A DNA stretch of 21,302 nt from Candidatus Hadarchaeota archaeon (GCA_964452145.1 CAYVLA010000053.1:1-21302), one strand, 5' to 3'; positions 1-8,216 are shown, numbered from the stretch's first letter. Numbers and translations are program-made. The notes: generated by a model not told the origin, from the letters alone.

Positions 1-45
1 CATCACAGACCCGATCATCGGGCCAACATAGCCAACATCTCCCTT

Positions 46-55
46 CATGTCCGCG
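46..55 (+). repeat. Boundary site 1, CATGTCCGCG (context ttCATGTCCGCGatg)
   Basis: Exact match to the recurrent CATGYCCRCG motif; upstream of the TS-fold gene. Confidence 0.85.
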
Positions 56-186
56 ATGTCTCCAGGCAAGCGGTATCTTTGTATTCTTCGGACGTACGTA
101 TCGTGTTGCTTGATCATGGTTGACGCAGACCAGGAAGGAGCACACTCTTAGGCTGAGGCTGCTACGCTGGGGGTGGTCTTGAGTGG

Positions 187-825
187 TTGTTGGTCTTGGA
201 GATCTGTGCCGAGTCGACAGGTGATGCTTGGGAGAAGTCGAGCAGGGCTCTTCTTGGTGTCGGCGAGGAAAGAATAGTGCAGGCTGAACAGGTTGTGGAG
301 ATACGTTGGCTTGGCGTCCACGTGGGCAACCCGTTAGGAGAACCCAGAATAAGCCACAGGTTCGGTGATTTCTGTGACAGGATACAGCTCGCAGAGGAGT
401 GGAGGCCACAAGCCTATTTCTCTCAGATCACTGGACAGAAGAGAGAGGGATACTGGTGGACAATATACGGCAAGCCCATCTGGGACCAGTTACCCAGATT
501 GGGGAGAATGCTGAAGCAGAACCCCTCGTATAACAAGCCGTCCGTTGTTCTTCGCACCCCTGCGCACCTTGGGCAAAGGGACACGCCTTGCCTGGTGTAT
601 CTCTCCTTTCTGGGAAGGAACAACAGACTCGAGTTGGGGGTTCACTTTGACACATGCGCAATCGAATACATGCAGGGAAACCTGTACGGCCTCTCAGGGC
701 TGCAGGCAATGGTCGGGGAGAGCATTGGTCTGGAGGCAGGTCCATATCATCACTACTGTGATTCGCTCATAGTCGGCCTGAAGCATCTCAACCACTTGGA
801 GAGAGCGATAGCCAAGAAGCGCTGA
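187..825 (+). CDS. Divergent thymidylate synthase-fold protein
   Basis: N-terminal 'GDAWEK' helix, 'DTPCLVYLSFLGRNNRLEL' (catalytic PC plus the following strands), 'GNLYGL..LQ.MVGE.IGLEAGPYHHYCDSL' resemble archaeal TS-like proteins; the canonical RSxD and HxY motifs are absent; G-rich SD-like GGGGTGG at about 169-176. Confidence 0.75.
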   Translation: MLVLEICAESTGDAWEKSSRALLGVGEERIVQAEQVVEIRWLGVHVGNPLGEPRISHRFGDFCDRIQLAEEWRPQAYFSQITGQKREGYWWTIYGKPIWDQLPRLGRMLKQNPSYNKPSVVLRTPAHLGQRDTPCLVYLSFLGRNNRLELGVHFDTCAIEYMQGNLYGLSGLQAMVGESIGLEAGPYHHYCDSLIVGLKHLNHLERAIAKKR

Positions 826-860
826 TCCCTGATCTACAGCGGCGTCCTCGGATCCTAGAA

Positions 861-870
861 CGCGGGCATG
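861..870 (-). repeat. Boundary site 2, CATGCCCGCG on the minus strand
   Basis: Plus strand reads CGCGGGCATG; lies in the convergent gap between the TS-fold and Zn-ribbon genes. Confidence 0.85.
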
Positions 871-936
871 ATGGGTGGTTCTGGTCGCCGGATGCTGCGC
901 AAGTGCGGAGTTGTCTTGTCCTATCTCTCGAAAGCA

Positions 937-1158
937 TCAGGACCAATGTTGTTTTCCTCGCCTCTGGAACTCTCGGTACCGGTTTCTCTCCTTCCTCTCC
1001 ATTCCCTTCTTGTCGAAACCGATCTTTCCATCCTCTATGATCACAGCCCCGATGTATCCGCACTCCTGGCACTCCCACTTTGACCAGGTCTGAGGGACAC
1101 CCCACCTCTTGACATTTGCAGACCCACACTTAGGGCATCTCTTCCTCGTCACGCGCAC
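937..1158 (-). CDS. Small Zn-ribbon protein (CPKC...CQECGY)
   Basis: CxxC-x18-CxxC followed by 'GYIGAVIIEDG', typical of small archaeal zinc-ribbon proteins; start codon uncertain. Confidence 0.7.
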   Translation of the reverse strand: MRVTRKRCPKCGSANVKRWGVPQTWSKWECQECGYIGAVIIEDGKIGFDKKGMERKERNRYREFQRRGKQHWS

Positions 1159-1398
1159 CGCTCATGCCTGTACCCGTGCCAGCTAGCATCATCCATACAC
1201 AGACTCTCAGCCATGGAAGGCCATGGGGACGACCCATTCCCCCTGGCACCGAAGCTACCATCCCCGGGTTGTTCAAGCCATATAACGCCTATGCTTGAGG
1301 GCAACTCAAACCGGGGACCCCCATGGACAGAGGGCTACTATGAGCTCTCACCGCTCCTGAAGCGAAGATGAGACCCGACGCCCATCCCAACCACCAGT

Positions 1399-1408
1399 CA
1401 TGTCCACG
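1399..1408 (+). repeat. Boundary site 3, CATGTCCACG
   Basis: Exact motif; 22 nt before site 4, both preceded by AGT. Confidence 0.85.
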
Positions 1409-1420
1409 GTAACCGGTAGT

Positions 1421-1430
1421 CATGCCCGCG
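1421..1430 (+). repeat. Boundary site 4, CATGCCCGCG
   Basis: Exact motif followed by ATGTAGGATC; upstream of the phosphorylase gene. Confidence 0.85.
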
Positions 1431-1479
1431 ATGTAGGATCACCGGCAAGATATTTGGGGATGGGACCGACGGTGATAGC

Positions 1480-2283
1480 ATGGTGTATGGAGACCTGGAT
1501 CGAGAGATGCTGGTGCGTATCACAAAGGGGTTCATGGGGCTGAGCCCAGAGCAGTTTCCCCGAGTCGTTGTGATTGGTCCCTACAGATTTGAGAGACTGT
1601 TGGGCAGGGGCGTTCTGCAAAGGACAGCCAGATCAAGGGGCCTCGTAGCGGAAGAGGTCAGGAACTACCACACAAGGGCAGGGAGAAGCTGGATGGTCAG
1701 TGAACACGGAGATCGCAGTGCCTTCTTCTTCATGTCCCACATGGGCGTTGTCTTTGCTGCTGACACAGCCATCCTGCTGTCAAGGATAGATCCTGTCGAA
1801 GAGGTGATCTTCCTGGGATCTGCTGCTTGCCTCCAGGAAGAGATGAGGAGCCAGGACTTCAACCTCCCCACAAAATGCCTCCGAACGGAGAAGATTCTGG
1901 GTGACCGGTACCCACGCAAAGCTAGGGCGGAGGCAGACAGATCCCTCAGGGACATGCTGGCAAACCACCTATCCCCCCATGCCGGGGTATTGGGTTCGAG
2001 GATCCTGGATGGGCTCCACGCTACTGTCCCCTACGTCCTGATTGAGACTACCGACTTCCTCCAGGGCCTCAGGAGAAGAGGCGTATTCACCTTGGACATG
2101 GAGCTCAGCGTGTACTACACGGTACTTCACAGCGCCGGCAAGAGGGTCGCTGGCATGATTATGGGCGGGGACCGGCCCTTGGAGAAGGTGTTGATGGGAC
2201 AGAAGGACAAGCAACTAGGCCGAGAGATGGGCAAGTGTCTCGCAGGGGCTGTATTTGACTATCTCTGCCAGACACCGCCCTGA
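1480..2283 (+). CDS. Nucleoside phosphorylase family protein (PNP/UDP phosphorylase fold)
   Basis: 'IFLGSAACL', 'GLHAT...ET', 'GVFTLDMELS' and 'GGDRP' fit the family pattern; SD GGTGA at 1471-1475. Confidence 0.8.
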   Translation: MVYGDLDREMLVRITKGFMGLSPEQFPRVVVIGPYRFERLLGRGVLQRTARSRGLVAEEVRNYHTRAGRSWMVSEHGDRSAFFFMSHMGVVFAADTAILLSRIDPVEEVIFLGSAACLQEEMRSQDFNLPTKCLRTEKILGDRYPRKARAEADRSLRDMLANHLSPHAGVLGSRILDGLHATVPYVLIETTDFLQGLRRRGVFTLDMELSVYYTVLHSAGKRVAGMIMGGDRPLEKVLMGQKDKQLGREMGKCLAGAVFDYLCQTPP

Positions 2284-2340
2284 AGTCCCCGTGGTTCACG
2301 GCTCATCCGGAACCCACCACATTCAGCCTCTGACAGAGAA

Positions 2341-2350
2341 CGTGGACATG
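2341..2350 (-). repeat. Boundary site 5, CATGTCCACG on the minus strand
   Basis: Plus strand reads CGTGGACATG; between the phosphorylase gene and wHTH fusion A. Confidence 0.85.
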
Positions 2351-2406
2351 ACGGGCTTCTACTTGGATAGGGTGTCTTTAAGCAGATTCAGTATCTCGGA
2401 CTCGGA

Positions 2407-2436
2407 CTTGCCAAGTTTCTTCGCAAAATGCATATC
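2407..2436 (+). promoter_or_regulatory. Conserved upstream element / promoter of wHTH fusion A
   Basis: GTTTCTTCGCAAAA (2415-2428) is identical to 11310-11323 upstream of paralog B; BRE-like CGCAAAA followed by an AT-richer stretch. Confidence 0.6.
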
Positions 2437-2478
2437 AGCCAAACCTCCAAAGCCCTGCTGGATTGGGAGGTGGACTAA

Positions 2479-3504
2479 CTGGATCTCCTGGGCCAAGGTG
2501 ACGAGGATCAGGTACTGAAGCTTCTCTCAAACCGGATCAGGAGAACAGTGATCTCAGAGCTTGCGCAGAGAGATCACCAGAGATTCAGCGACCTGATGCG
2601 GGCCAGTAAGCTTGACCCCAACAACGACACCGGGCTGTTCCTCTACCACCTACACAGGCTCCGCCAAGGAGGGGTGGTCACAGGCGACAAGGGATACTAC
2701 ACCATCACCCAGAAAGGACGAGACATAGCAGGCAGACTCCGACTCCTAACCCACGCAAACAACAATAGGGATGGTTTGATGGAGATGAAGCAAGACTCAT
2801 TCCCCCCTATCGATTGGCAGGCCCACAGAACACCTCTTCCCAGGATCCAGATAGAGCCGGTGGATGAGGAGTTCCGACTCAAACCCGGAAGCGTCATAGG
2901 CGGCGTAGGACCCGGGAGATTGGATCTGCTGGACGTCTTGGCCATCGACGATGAGGGACTACCCATCACCCGGTTTCCTTCTGAAGGTTCGATGTTGATG
3001 AGTAAGTATGCTATGCCGGAAGAAGAGCTCTACGCCTTCGCCCTGCAGCGATTCACCGGAGTCACCAAGATCGGGGAGGAGAAGTGTGTGGAGAGCACCA
3101 GGACCTTCCATGATCCTGACGGGGTCATCCTGGCCAAGACAATCCAATGGCTTGCGAGAAGAGACAGCGGGATATATCTGAAGAAACAGGTCTCCATCGA
3201 TCTGCACAACAACAAGCCAGTCTCCACCCAGGAGACAGAGGTCTTGTACACAGCTCTGCCAGTCACCGATCACCCAAGCAAGGCTGTGGCACAGGGAACA
3301 TGCCGGGTACAGGTCAACGGCAGACAGGAACTTGCCCTGAGACTACTCAGCGAGACAAACCATGACAGGAAGTGGGAGGACTACCCCACCAACACGGATC
3401 TCTCCATTGGCAAGATGTACATACCGGAAGAGACCGCAAGACCCCGAAAGCGGAATCAGGACTGTGAACTCGCAGAGATCTACATAGCACAGAAGCTCCA
3501 ATGA
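2479..3504 (+). CDS. wHTH (ArsR-like) fusion protein A with uncharacterised beta-rich C-terminal domain; probable CTG start
   Basis: The frame of ORF 2548..3504 stays open back to an in-frame TAA at 2476-2478; the extension encodes the first wHTH helix (VLKLLSNRIRRTVI); SD GGAGGTGG at 2466-2473 sits 5 nt before CTG 2479; 'LDPNNDTGLFLYHL...YTITQKG'. Confidence 0.8.
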   Translation: MDLLGQGDEDQVLKLLSNRIRRTVISELAQRDHQRFSDLMRASKLDPNNDTGLFLYHLHRLRQGGVVTGDKGYYTITQKGRDIAGRLRLLTHANNNRDGLMEMKQDSFPPIDWQAHRTPLPRIQIEPVDEEFRLKPGSVIGGVGPGRLDLLDVLAIDDEGLPITRFPSEGSMLMSKYAMPEEELYAFALQRFTGVTKIGEEKCVESTRTFHDPDGVILAKTIQWLARRDSGIYLKKQVSIDLHNNKPVSTQETEVLYTALPVTDHPSKAVAQGTCRVQVNGRQELALRLLSETNHDRKWEDYPTNTDLSIGKMYIPEETARPRKRNQDCELAEIYIAQKLQ

Positions 3505-3511
3505 ACCCCGT

Positions 3512-3521
3512 GATGTCCACG
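3512..3521 (+). repeat. Boundary site 6 (one mismatch), GATGTCCACG
   Basis: 7 nt after the stop of fusion A; keeps the -1 T and +2 T flanks of the consensus. Confidence 0.6.
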
Positions 3522-3592
3522 CTTGTTGCTTGGGGAGTCGAGCGGGGGGGTCGAAATGGATCGGCATCTCTAGCATCCCCGACAGGCTGGAA

Positions 3593-3649
3593 GCGGAAGA
3601 TTTAAATAGTTGATTCGCCACATGGCTAACTAGCCAATTAGGGAGGTGA
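3593..3649 (+). promoter_or_regulatory. Archaeal promoter, candidate operator and SD of the ArsR-like gene
   Basis: Purine-rich BRE-like stretch then TTTAAATA (3601-3608); perfect inverted repeat TGGCTA-AC-TAGCCA (3623-3636); SD GGAGGTGA (3642-3649). Confidence 0.7.
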
Positions 3650-3653
3650 TTCC

Positions 3654-4220
3654 TTGGGAATAGTAAGTCTTGCGATGCATAGATGGCCGCCCAAGGCCCT
3701 GGACTCCGAGAGCAGAATGGCGATCATCACCAAGCTATTCTACAACGGATCGATGACCGTCAAACAGATGGCCGACGACATGGGTCTTTCCTCCACCACC
3801 ATCCTGCGACATGTCGAGATACTCCTCGACGTTGAGATGATCAAAGAAGTACAGGTCCCAGACGAGGACAAGTCCTACAAGAGAGAGAGATACTACGATG
3901 TGACATTCCCGATCTGGTCCTTCAAAGACAGAGAGACCATGAAGCCCGTATACGAAAAGATCGGGGCTGAAACAGCCATCATCATAAAGAAACACCTAGA
4001 TGATCTCAAAGAGGCTTACGAACAGACAGAGCTGCGAGGCAAGGGATGGGAGTTCGACGACCCAAGCATATACTCCTACATCATGAGCACGGCGACCTGT
4101 ACCCTGACCAGGCAGATCATGGAGAAACACGGACTCAAACCAATACTCGACGAACATCCCGACAACAAATGGGGCGTAACCGGATACGAGGCGGAGGAAC
4201 TAGGAGAACCAAGCATCTAG
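3654..4220 (+). CDS. ArsR-like winged-helix transcriptional regulator
   Basis: 'ALDSESRMAII...MTVKQMADDMGLSSTTILRHVEILLDVEMIK...ERYY' wHTH; perfect SD before the TTG. Confidence 0.85.
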   Translation: MGIVSLAMHRWPPKALDSESRMAIITKLFYNGSMTVKQMADDMGLSSTTILRHVEILLDVEMIKEVQVPDEDKSYKRERYYDVTFPIWSFKDRETMKPVYEKIGAETAIIIKKHLDDLKEAYEQTELRGKGWEFDDPSIYSYIMSTATCTLTRQIMEKHGLKPILDEHPDNKWGVTGYEAEELGEPSI

Positions 4221-4223
4221 CAA

Positions 4224-4233
4224 CACGGGCATG
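4224..4233 (-). repeat. Boundary site 7 (one mismatch), CATGCCCGTG on the minus strand
   Basis: Plus strand reads CACGGGCATG, 3 nt after the ArsR-like stop; keeps the -1 T and +2 T flanks. Confidence 0.6.
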
Positions 4234-4308
4234 ATTCGCACAGGTGACCGGCATCGTTGCCAAGCCTGGCCGGTTCGTGCCCGGCAGCCTCACCAACCCG
4301 AACCTTCC

Positions 4309-4318
4309 CGCGGACATG
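4309..4318 (-). repeat. Boundary site 8, CATGTCCGCG on the minus strand
   Basis: Plus strand reads CGCGGACATG; in the convergent gap before the 772-aa gene. Confidence 0.8.
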
Positions 4319-4364
4319 GCTGCCTGAATGTTGCTGCACGAGGGTTTCGACAATGGTCAGATGC

Positions 4365-6683
4365 TTATGCAGTGCAGTGCTGTGCTCTTAGATGGGCTCT
4401 GATCATCCAATCATGCTTCTCTGTGACGTCGTTGACATGGGTGTAGGGTAGGGCCATCCGGGAGTGCGAGTGGTGGATTGTTCTATCGATAGAGAGGTAG
4501 AACCATTGTGAGGCTTTCGGGTTAAGATGTATGCAGACGTAGAACCTCTTGGGGACACTCACCTGTCCTATGGCTATCCTATGCCAACGCTCCCTGCCGG
4601 ATCCAAGCAAACTGTATGGATGACTTGACTCGTGGAGAATGCTGAAGTCCTCGTCACAGATGAAGATGAAGAACTCATGGTCAGGGGAACCGGATCTCCC
4701 ACGCTTCGCGCCAAACATGTCGACTCTATCCAGCAAGACTAGGTGGTCTGGTCTTCTGAACAGGATGGCGTGTCCTTCGCCACAGATGCTCTTTCTGCCC
4801 CCTGGCTTGCTGTGATCATAGGATAGAAGGATCCCGGCCCTGTCTCTGCGAATCTTCAGGTCGTCAAAGAAGCTCTCTTTCACGATTCTCTCCTTGACTC
4901 CCCACCTGATCCGGGGAATCATCACGGTTTGAGGGATCCAATCCCCCGCCGTGGCATCGCCTGTTCTTTCTCGTAGAGACTGGACGAAGAGGGGCATAAG
5001 GTCTCTACCTATGGGTCTCTTTGACAAGGCCTTCCTGAGGGATTCCACCAGGGCTTGGCGCCCGTATCTTCTCTCGACCTGGTAGAATACCTTGGAGGCT
5101 CGAAGACAAGGGTCGAGATCATCCCATTCCTTTCCTTCCAGATCTCGCCTCAGACCAGGGATACCTGAGCGCTCAGCCATATTCTGTGATTCAGGCCCGA
5201 CGGCTTCCCCAAGGCTCTCCGCAATTGTATCGAGGACCGCTGATCCTGCATAGTGAGCCCATCCTTCCCCGACTCCTTCCGGCAGCCCCAGGTAGCTCTT
5301 CAGACCTCCATACATCAACATGTGGCCCAGTTCATGGCACACGAAGTAGATGTCTGAGCTCCTTGCCTTGCCAGCGAGTCTTCGTTTCGATGAGACTGTC
5401 AGGTATATGTAGGACTCACCATCCGTATATCCAGGCCCCATGCCTTCTCTAGGGTTTCTTCTCACCTCCATCCTCAGGGTTGGGGGTAGAGAGAACCCAA
5501 GGGCTTCGTATGCGCGTCGTGCCTCTGAGAGAATAGTCGCGAAAGCCTCCCCGGTGGCCTTATCGATCCATGCTGTCTTAACGCGCACCCCTGGCCTGTC
5601 TATCACCCGGATATCCCTTGAGGATGGCTTGGCCCTATCCAGAGAGCAGAGAATCCGGGCCTCGAGCGACCCGATGTTGAGGAGCTCGATCTGGGTGGGC
5701 TTGATGATGTAGAGGGATCGGCTGTCACGGGTCCATGCGAAGGGGTAGAATCCGTCAGCCACCTTTCGCGGTTCTGTGCCTTCTCTGTCCACAACCCATG
5801 TCTGCTCGGACACAATCATGTCAGGTAGGCCAGAGGCAAGGGCGAATCCAGACCGGACCGTGCTTCTATATGCCACCAGGCCTGCATCTGCGTCTGGGGA
5901 CCAGGTGGGGGAGACGCTTCCTGTGTACCTCCATTGTTTCAGCTCGTCGTTGTAGCTCTGGGCCGGAGGGGGCGTGACATGGGCCAGGTCACCGGTCTCG
6001 AGGTCTAGGATGCTTATTCTCCCGTCCTCTGGAACACTCCTCCATGTCCGGCTGACTCTTGTGATCCCGGTGGTGAAGGCAAGGTACCTGTCACCGGGAG
6101 ACCATGATGCCCCTACTCCCTTTGCCCCCGTGTCGATTATCTCGTCACTTCGCACATCGACTATTGTGAGAGGATATTCTTGGGCAAGTCCAGGCGCGTT
6201 GCCTATGGCTATCCTTGATGAGTCAGAAGACCAGGAAGGCGGGTTGGCTAGGGCGTTCTCGATCAGGCACTGGGTCTCCCCCTTCTTGAGGCTGGTCACG
6301 AATAGGCCTTGTTGCTGGCCTCCCTCCTTTGCCTGGCGGCTTCCCACGAATGCAATCTTCTCTGCGTCAGGTGAGATCTCCTTGTAGACCACCTTGTACT
6401 CAGGCGGCAGGACTATGCTGGGTAGACTTGTGCCGTCTCTGCTCACAGCGAAGTACTGGTTTGAGTCATGCTTGGAGCAGAGCATCTTATCATTCCCGAG
6501 CCAGAGTACCTCTTCTGCACCACCAGGTATTTCGCATACCTGGTCGTGCTTGCCCTCGGCTAGGTCGATCATGGTGAGGCGAGCTATACTCTCTCCCCTC
6601 TCATTGAAGCCGGGGGCAAGGGCCCCGATGTGTCTCTCATCCGGTGAGATGATTCTCGATATCCTCAACGATGTTTTAGCCAA
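4365..6683 (-). CDS. TolB-like beta-propeller plus HExxH (gluzincin-type) metallopeptidase domain plus C-terminal beta domain
   Basis: Repeated PD40-like motifs (ISPDAEKIAF, PSWSSDSSRIA, ASWSPGDRYLAF, PTWSPD, FAWTRDSRSLY); 'HELGH' followed by 'EGWAHY'; SD AGGAGG at 6691-6696. Confidence 0.8.
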   Translation of the reverse strand: MAKTSLRISRIISPDERHIGALAPGFNERGESIARLTMIDLAEGKHDQVCEIPGGAEEVLWLGNDKMLCSKHDSNQYFAVSRDGTSLPSIVLPPEYKVVYKEISPDAEKIAFVGSRQAKEGGQQQGLFVTSLKKGETQCLIENALANPPSWSSDSSRIAIGNAPGLAQEYPLTIVDVRSDEIIDTGAKGVGASWSPGDRYLAFTTGITRVSRTWRSVPEDGRISILDLETGDLAHVTPPPAQSYNDELKQWRYTGSVSPTWSPDADAGLVAYRSTVRSGFALASGLPDMIVSEQTWVVDREGTEPRKVADGFYPFAWTRDSRSLYIIKPTQIELLNIGSLEARILCSLDRAKPSSRDIRVIDRPGVRVKTAWIDKATGEAFATILSEARRAYEALGFSLPPTLRMEVRRNPREGMGPGYTDGESYIYLTVSSKRRLAGKARSSDIYFVCHELGHMLMYGGLKSYLGLPEGVGEGWAHYAGSAVLDTIAESLGEAVGPESQNMAERSGIPGLRRDLEGKEWDDLDPCLRASKVFYQVERRYGRQALVESLRKALSKRPIGRDLMPLFVQSLRERTGDATAGDWIPQTVMIPRIRWGVKERIVKESFFDDLKIRRDRAGILLSYDHSKPGGRKSICGEGHAILFRRPDHLVLLDRVDMFGAKRGRSGSPDHEFFIFICDEDFSILHESSHPYSLLGSGRERWHRIAIGQVSVPKRFYVCIHLNPKASQWFYLSIDRTIHHSHSRMALPYTHVNDVTEKHDWMIRAHLRAQHCTA

Positions 6684-7373
6684 GTCTTCTCCTCCTACAA
6701 CTCATCGCCTTGTGTCAGGATGGTTCCTCGCAGCGCTGTCGGATACTCGAAGATCCGATCGAAGACGGGGGTCCCCCTCTGGTAGGCAGGTGGTTGGGCG
6801 CGACAACACCCCGCTCGATCCCCGTGTTGATCCCCGGAGGTAGCTCGGTCTTCAGAAAGTGCGGGGCGCGAGAACGCGGTTCCTTCATTGGGAAAATGGC
6901 CAAGAATACCCTCAACCTACCTGGACCCCTTGTGAAGGAGCATAGACTGCATGTCAGGAGTTGTGTACTTTGCCATTTCGCGCCATGGCTCCCCCTGAAG
7001 CCATGCCCCTTCTCTGACCCATAGGGGTTCTCGGTGTCTTCTGATCCCACCCGGGTCCTCGAAACAGGGGAGGCCGGGAGAACAAACAAACTAGACAAGG
7101 CATCTAAGTATCATGGCTAACAGAATATAATGATTATGTTATGAAAAGTGACAAGAATCCGGGAATGTGTTCTAGGCGGGGTCCCATTTGGTCCCTATGC
7201 TTGTGGTAGGGATCTCGTCCGCGCGGGGTGAACCCGACAAAGAACACAAAGCCAGTTCATCGGGACAACACCGATCCTTTTCCATATAGATGTTGTGATC
7301 GGGTATCGGGTAGCGGGTCGTACATGCTGGTGAGGGTTCTTGGACAGCTGCATGTGACTCCTGTAATGTTCGG

Positions 7374-8213
7374 TTAGGCGTGGCCAAGGGTTCCCTGAGA
7401 TCTTGCCACTCCAAGTGACCAGGAGAAGAGGACTGCGGAACAGGCGAGAAGCAGAGTGATTGTCGCGCCGAGTGTGAGGAGGTCTATGCCCAGTTCAGAC
7501 ACAGTCTCACCGAGGCCTAGAGAGCGCCGTGCCAACAGGAATAGGTACCTCTGGGGATGGATCGAGGCTACCACGTGCAGGGGGGCTGGGAGCATTTGGA
7601 CAGGGATAATAAGCCCTGTCACAAGAAAGGCCGTCACATCCAGGAACCAGTTCAGGGGATCTAGTCGGCTCTTCGTCACTATTACCACGGCCGCCGCGAA
7701 TAACTCTACCGACAACATGAGGAAGATGCCTTCAACGAGGACCACGACACTTGTCAGGGTGAGATGGATGGATACCGCGAAGACCAGCCCGCAGAACAGC
7801 ATGGAGACCCCCAACCAGCAAGAGCCCCAGGCATAGTTCCATGCATTCTTGCCAATGATGAGTGTGGCGAGACCACAGGGCGATGACCACACAGCTGGAA
7901 AGGACGAACTCTTTACTGCCCTCGTTACTGCCCCTCTTGACGACCAGAAGAAGACATAGGCCATCTGTCCTATCAGCAAGAACTCTACGGGATTCTCACT
8001 CACATTACTGACAGCCTCGGCGAACTGTTGCCCAGGAACCACCAATGCAAATACCCCCCACATCCCTAGCCTTGATAATCCCCAGAGGATCTCGATGAAG
8101 ACTCTTGTCCTGTTGGAGAAAAACTCCCGAGCCGATCTGGCGGCAAGACTCGCTGCTATTGCTGCCGAGGACCCGATCTCCCACCCAAGCACCAAGCTCC
8201 TATCCATTGGCAC
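7374..8213 (-). CDS. ABC-2 type exporter permease
   Basis: About 6 hydrophobic segments, 'GLIIPVQMLPAPLHVVASIHPQRY' ABC-2 signature region; directly follows the ATPase gene. Confidence 0.85.
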   Translation of the reverse strand: MPMDRSLVLGWEIGSSAAIAASLAARSAREFFSNRTRVFIEILWGLSRLGMWGVFALVVPGQQFAEAVSNVSENPVEFLLIGQMAYVFFWSSRGAVTRAVKSSSFPAVWSSPCGLATLIIGKNAWNYAWGSCWLGVSMLFCGLVFAVSIHLTLTSVVVLVEGIFLMLSVELFAAAVVIVTKSRLDPLNWFLDVTAFLVTGLIIPVQMLPAPLHVVASIHPQRYLFLLARRSLGLGETVSELGIDLLTLGATITLLLACSAVLFSWSLGVARSQGTLGHA

Positions 8214-8216
8214 TGA

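Noticed and set aside
10..38. Small palindrome CCCGAT-C-ATCGGG and GCCAACAT direct repeat at the window start
   Set aside because: Short, at the window edge with no context, and not repeated at other boundary sites.
2091..2100. One-mismatch motif copy CTTGGACATG inside the phosphorylase gene (likewise CGTTGACATG at 4430-4439)
   Set aside because: About 4 one-mismatch hits are expected by chance in this window; these lie in coding sequence (the first encodes the conserved LDM) and lack the -1 T flank.
6715..7098. 127-aa minus-strand ORF and overlapping plus ORFs in the large gap
   Set aside because: No motif, no SD, Pro/Gly/Ser-rich; likely spurious.
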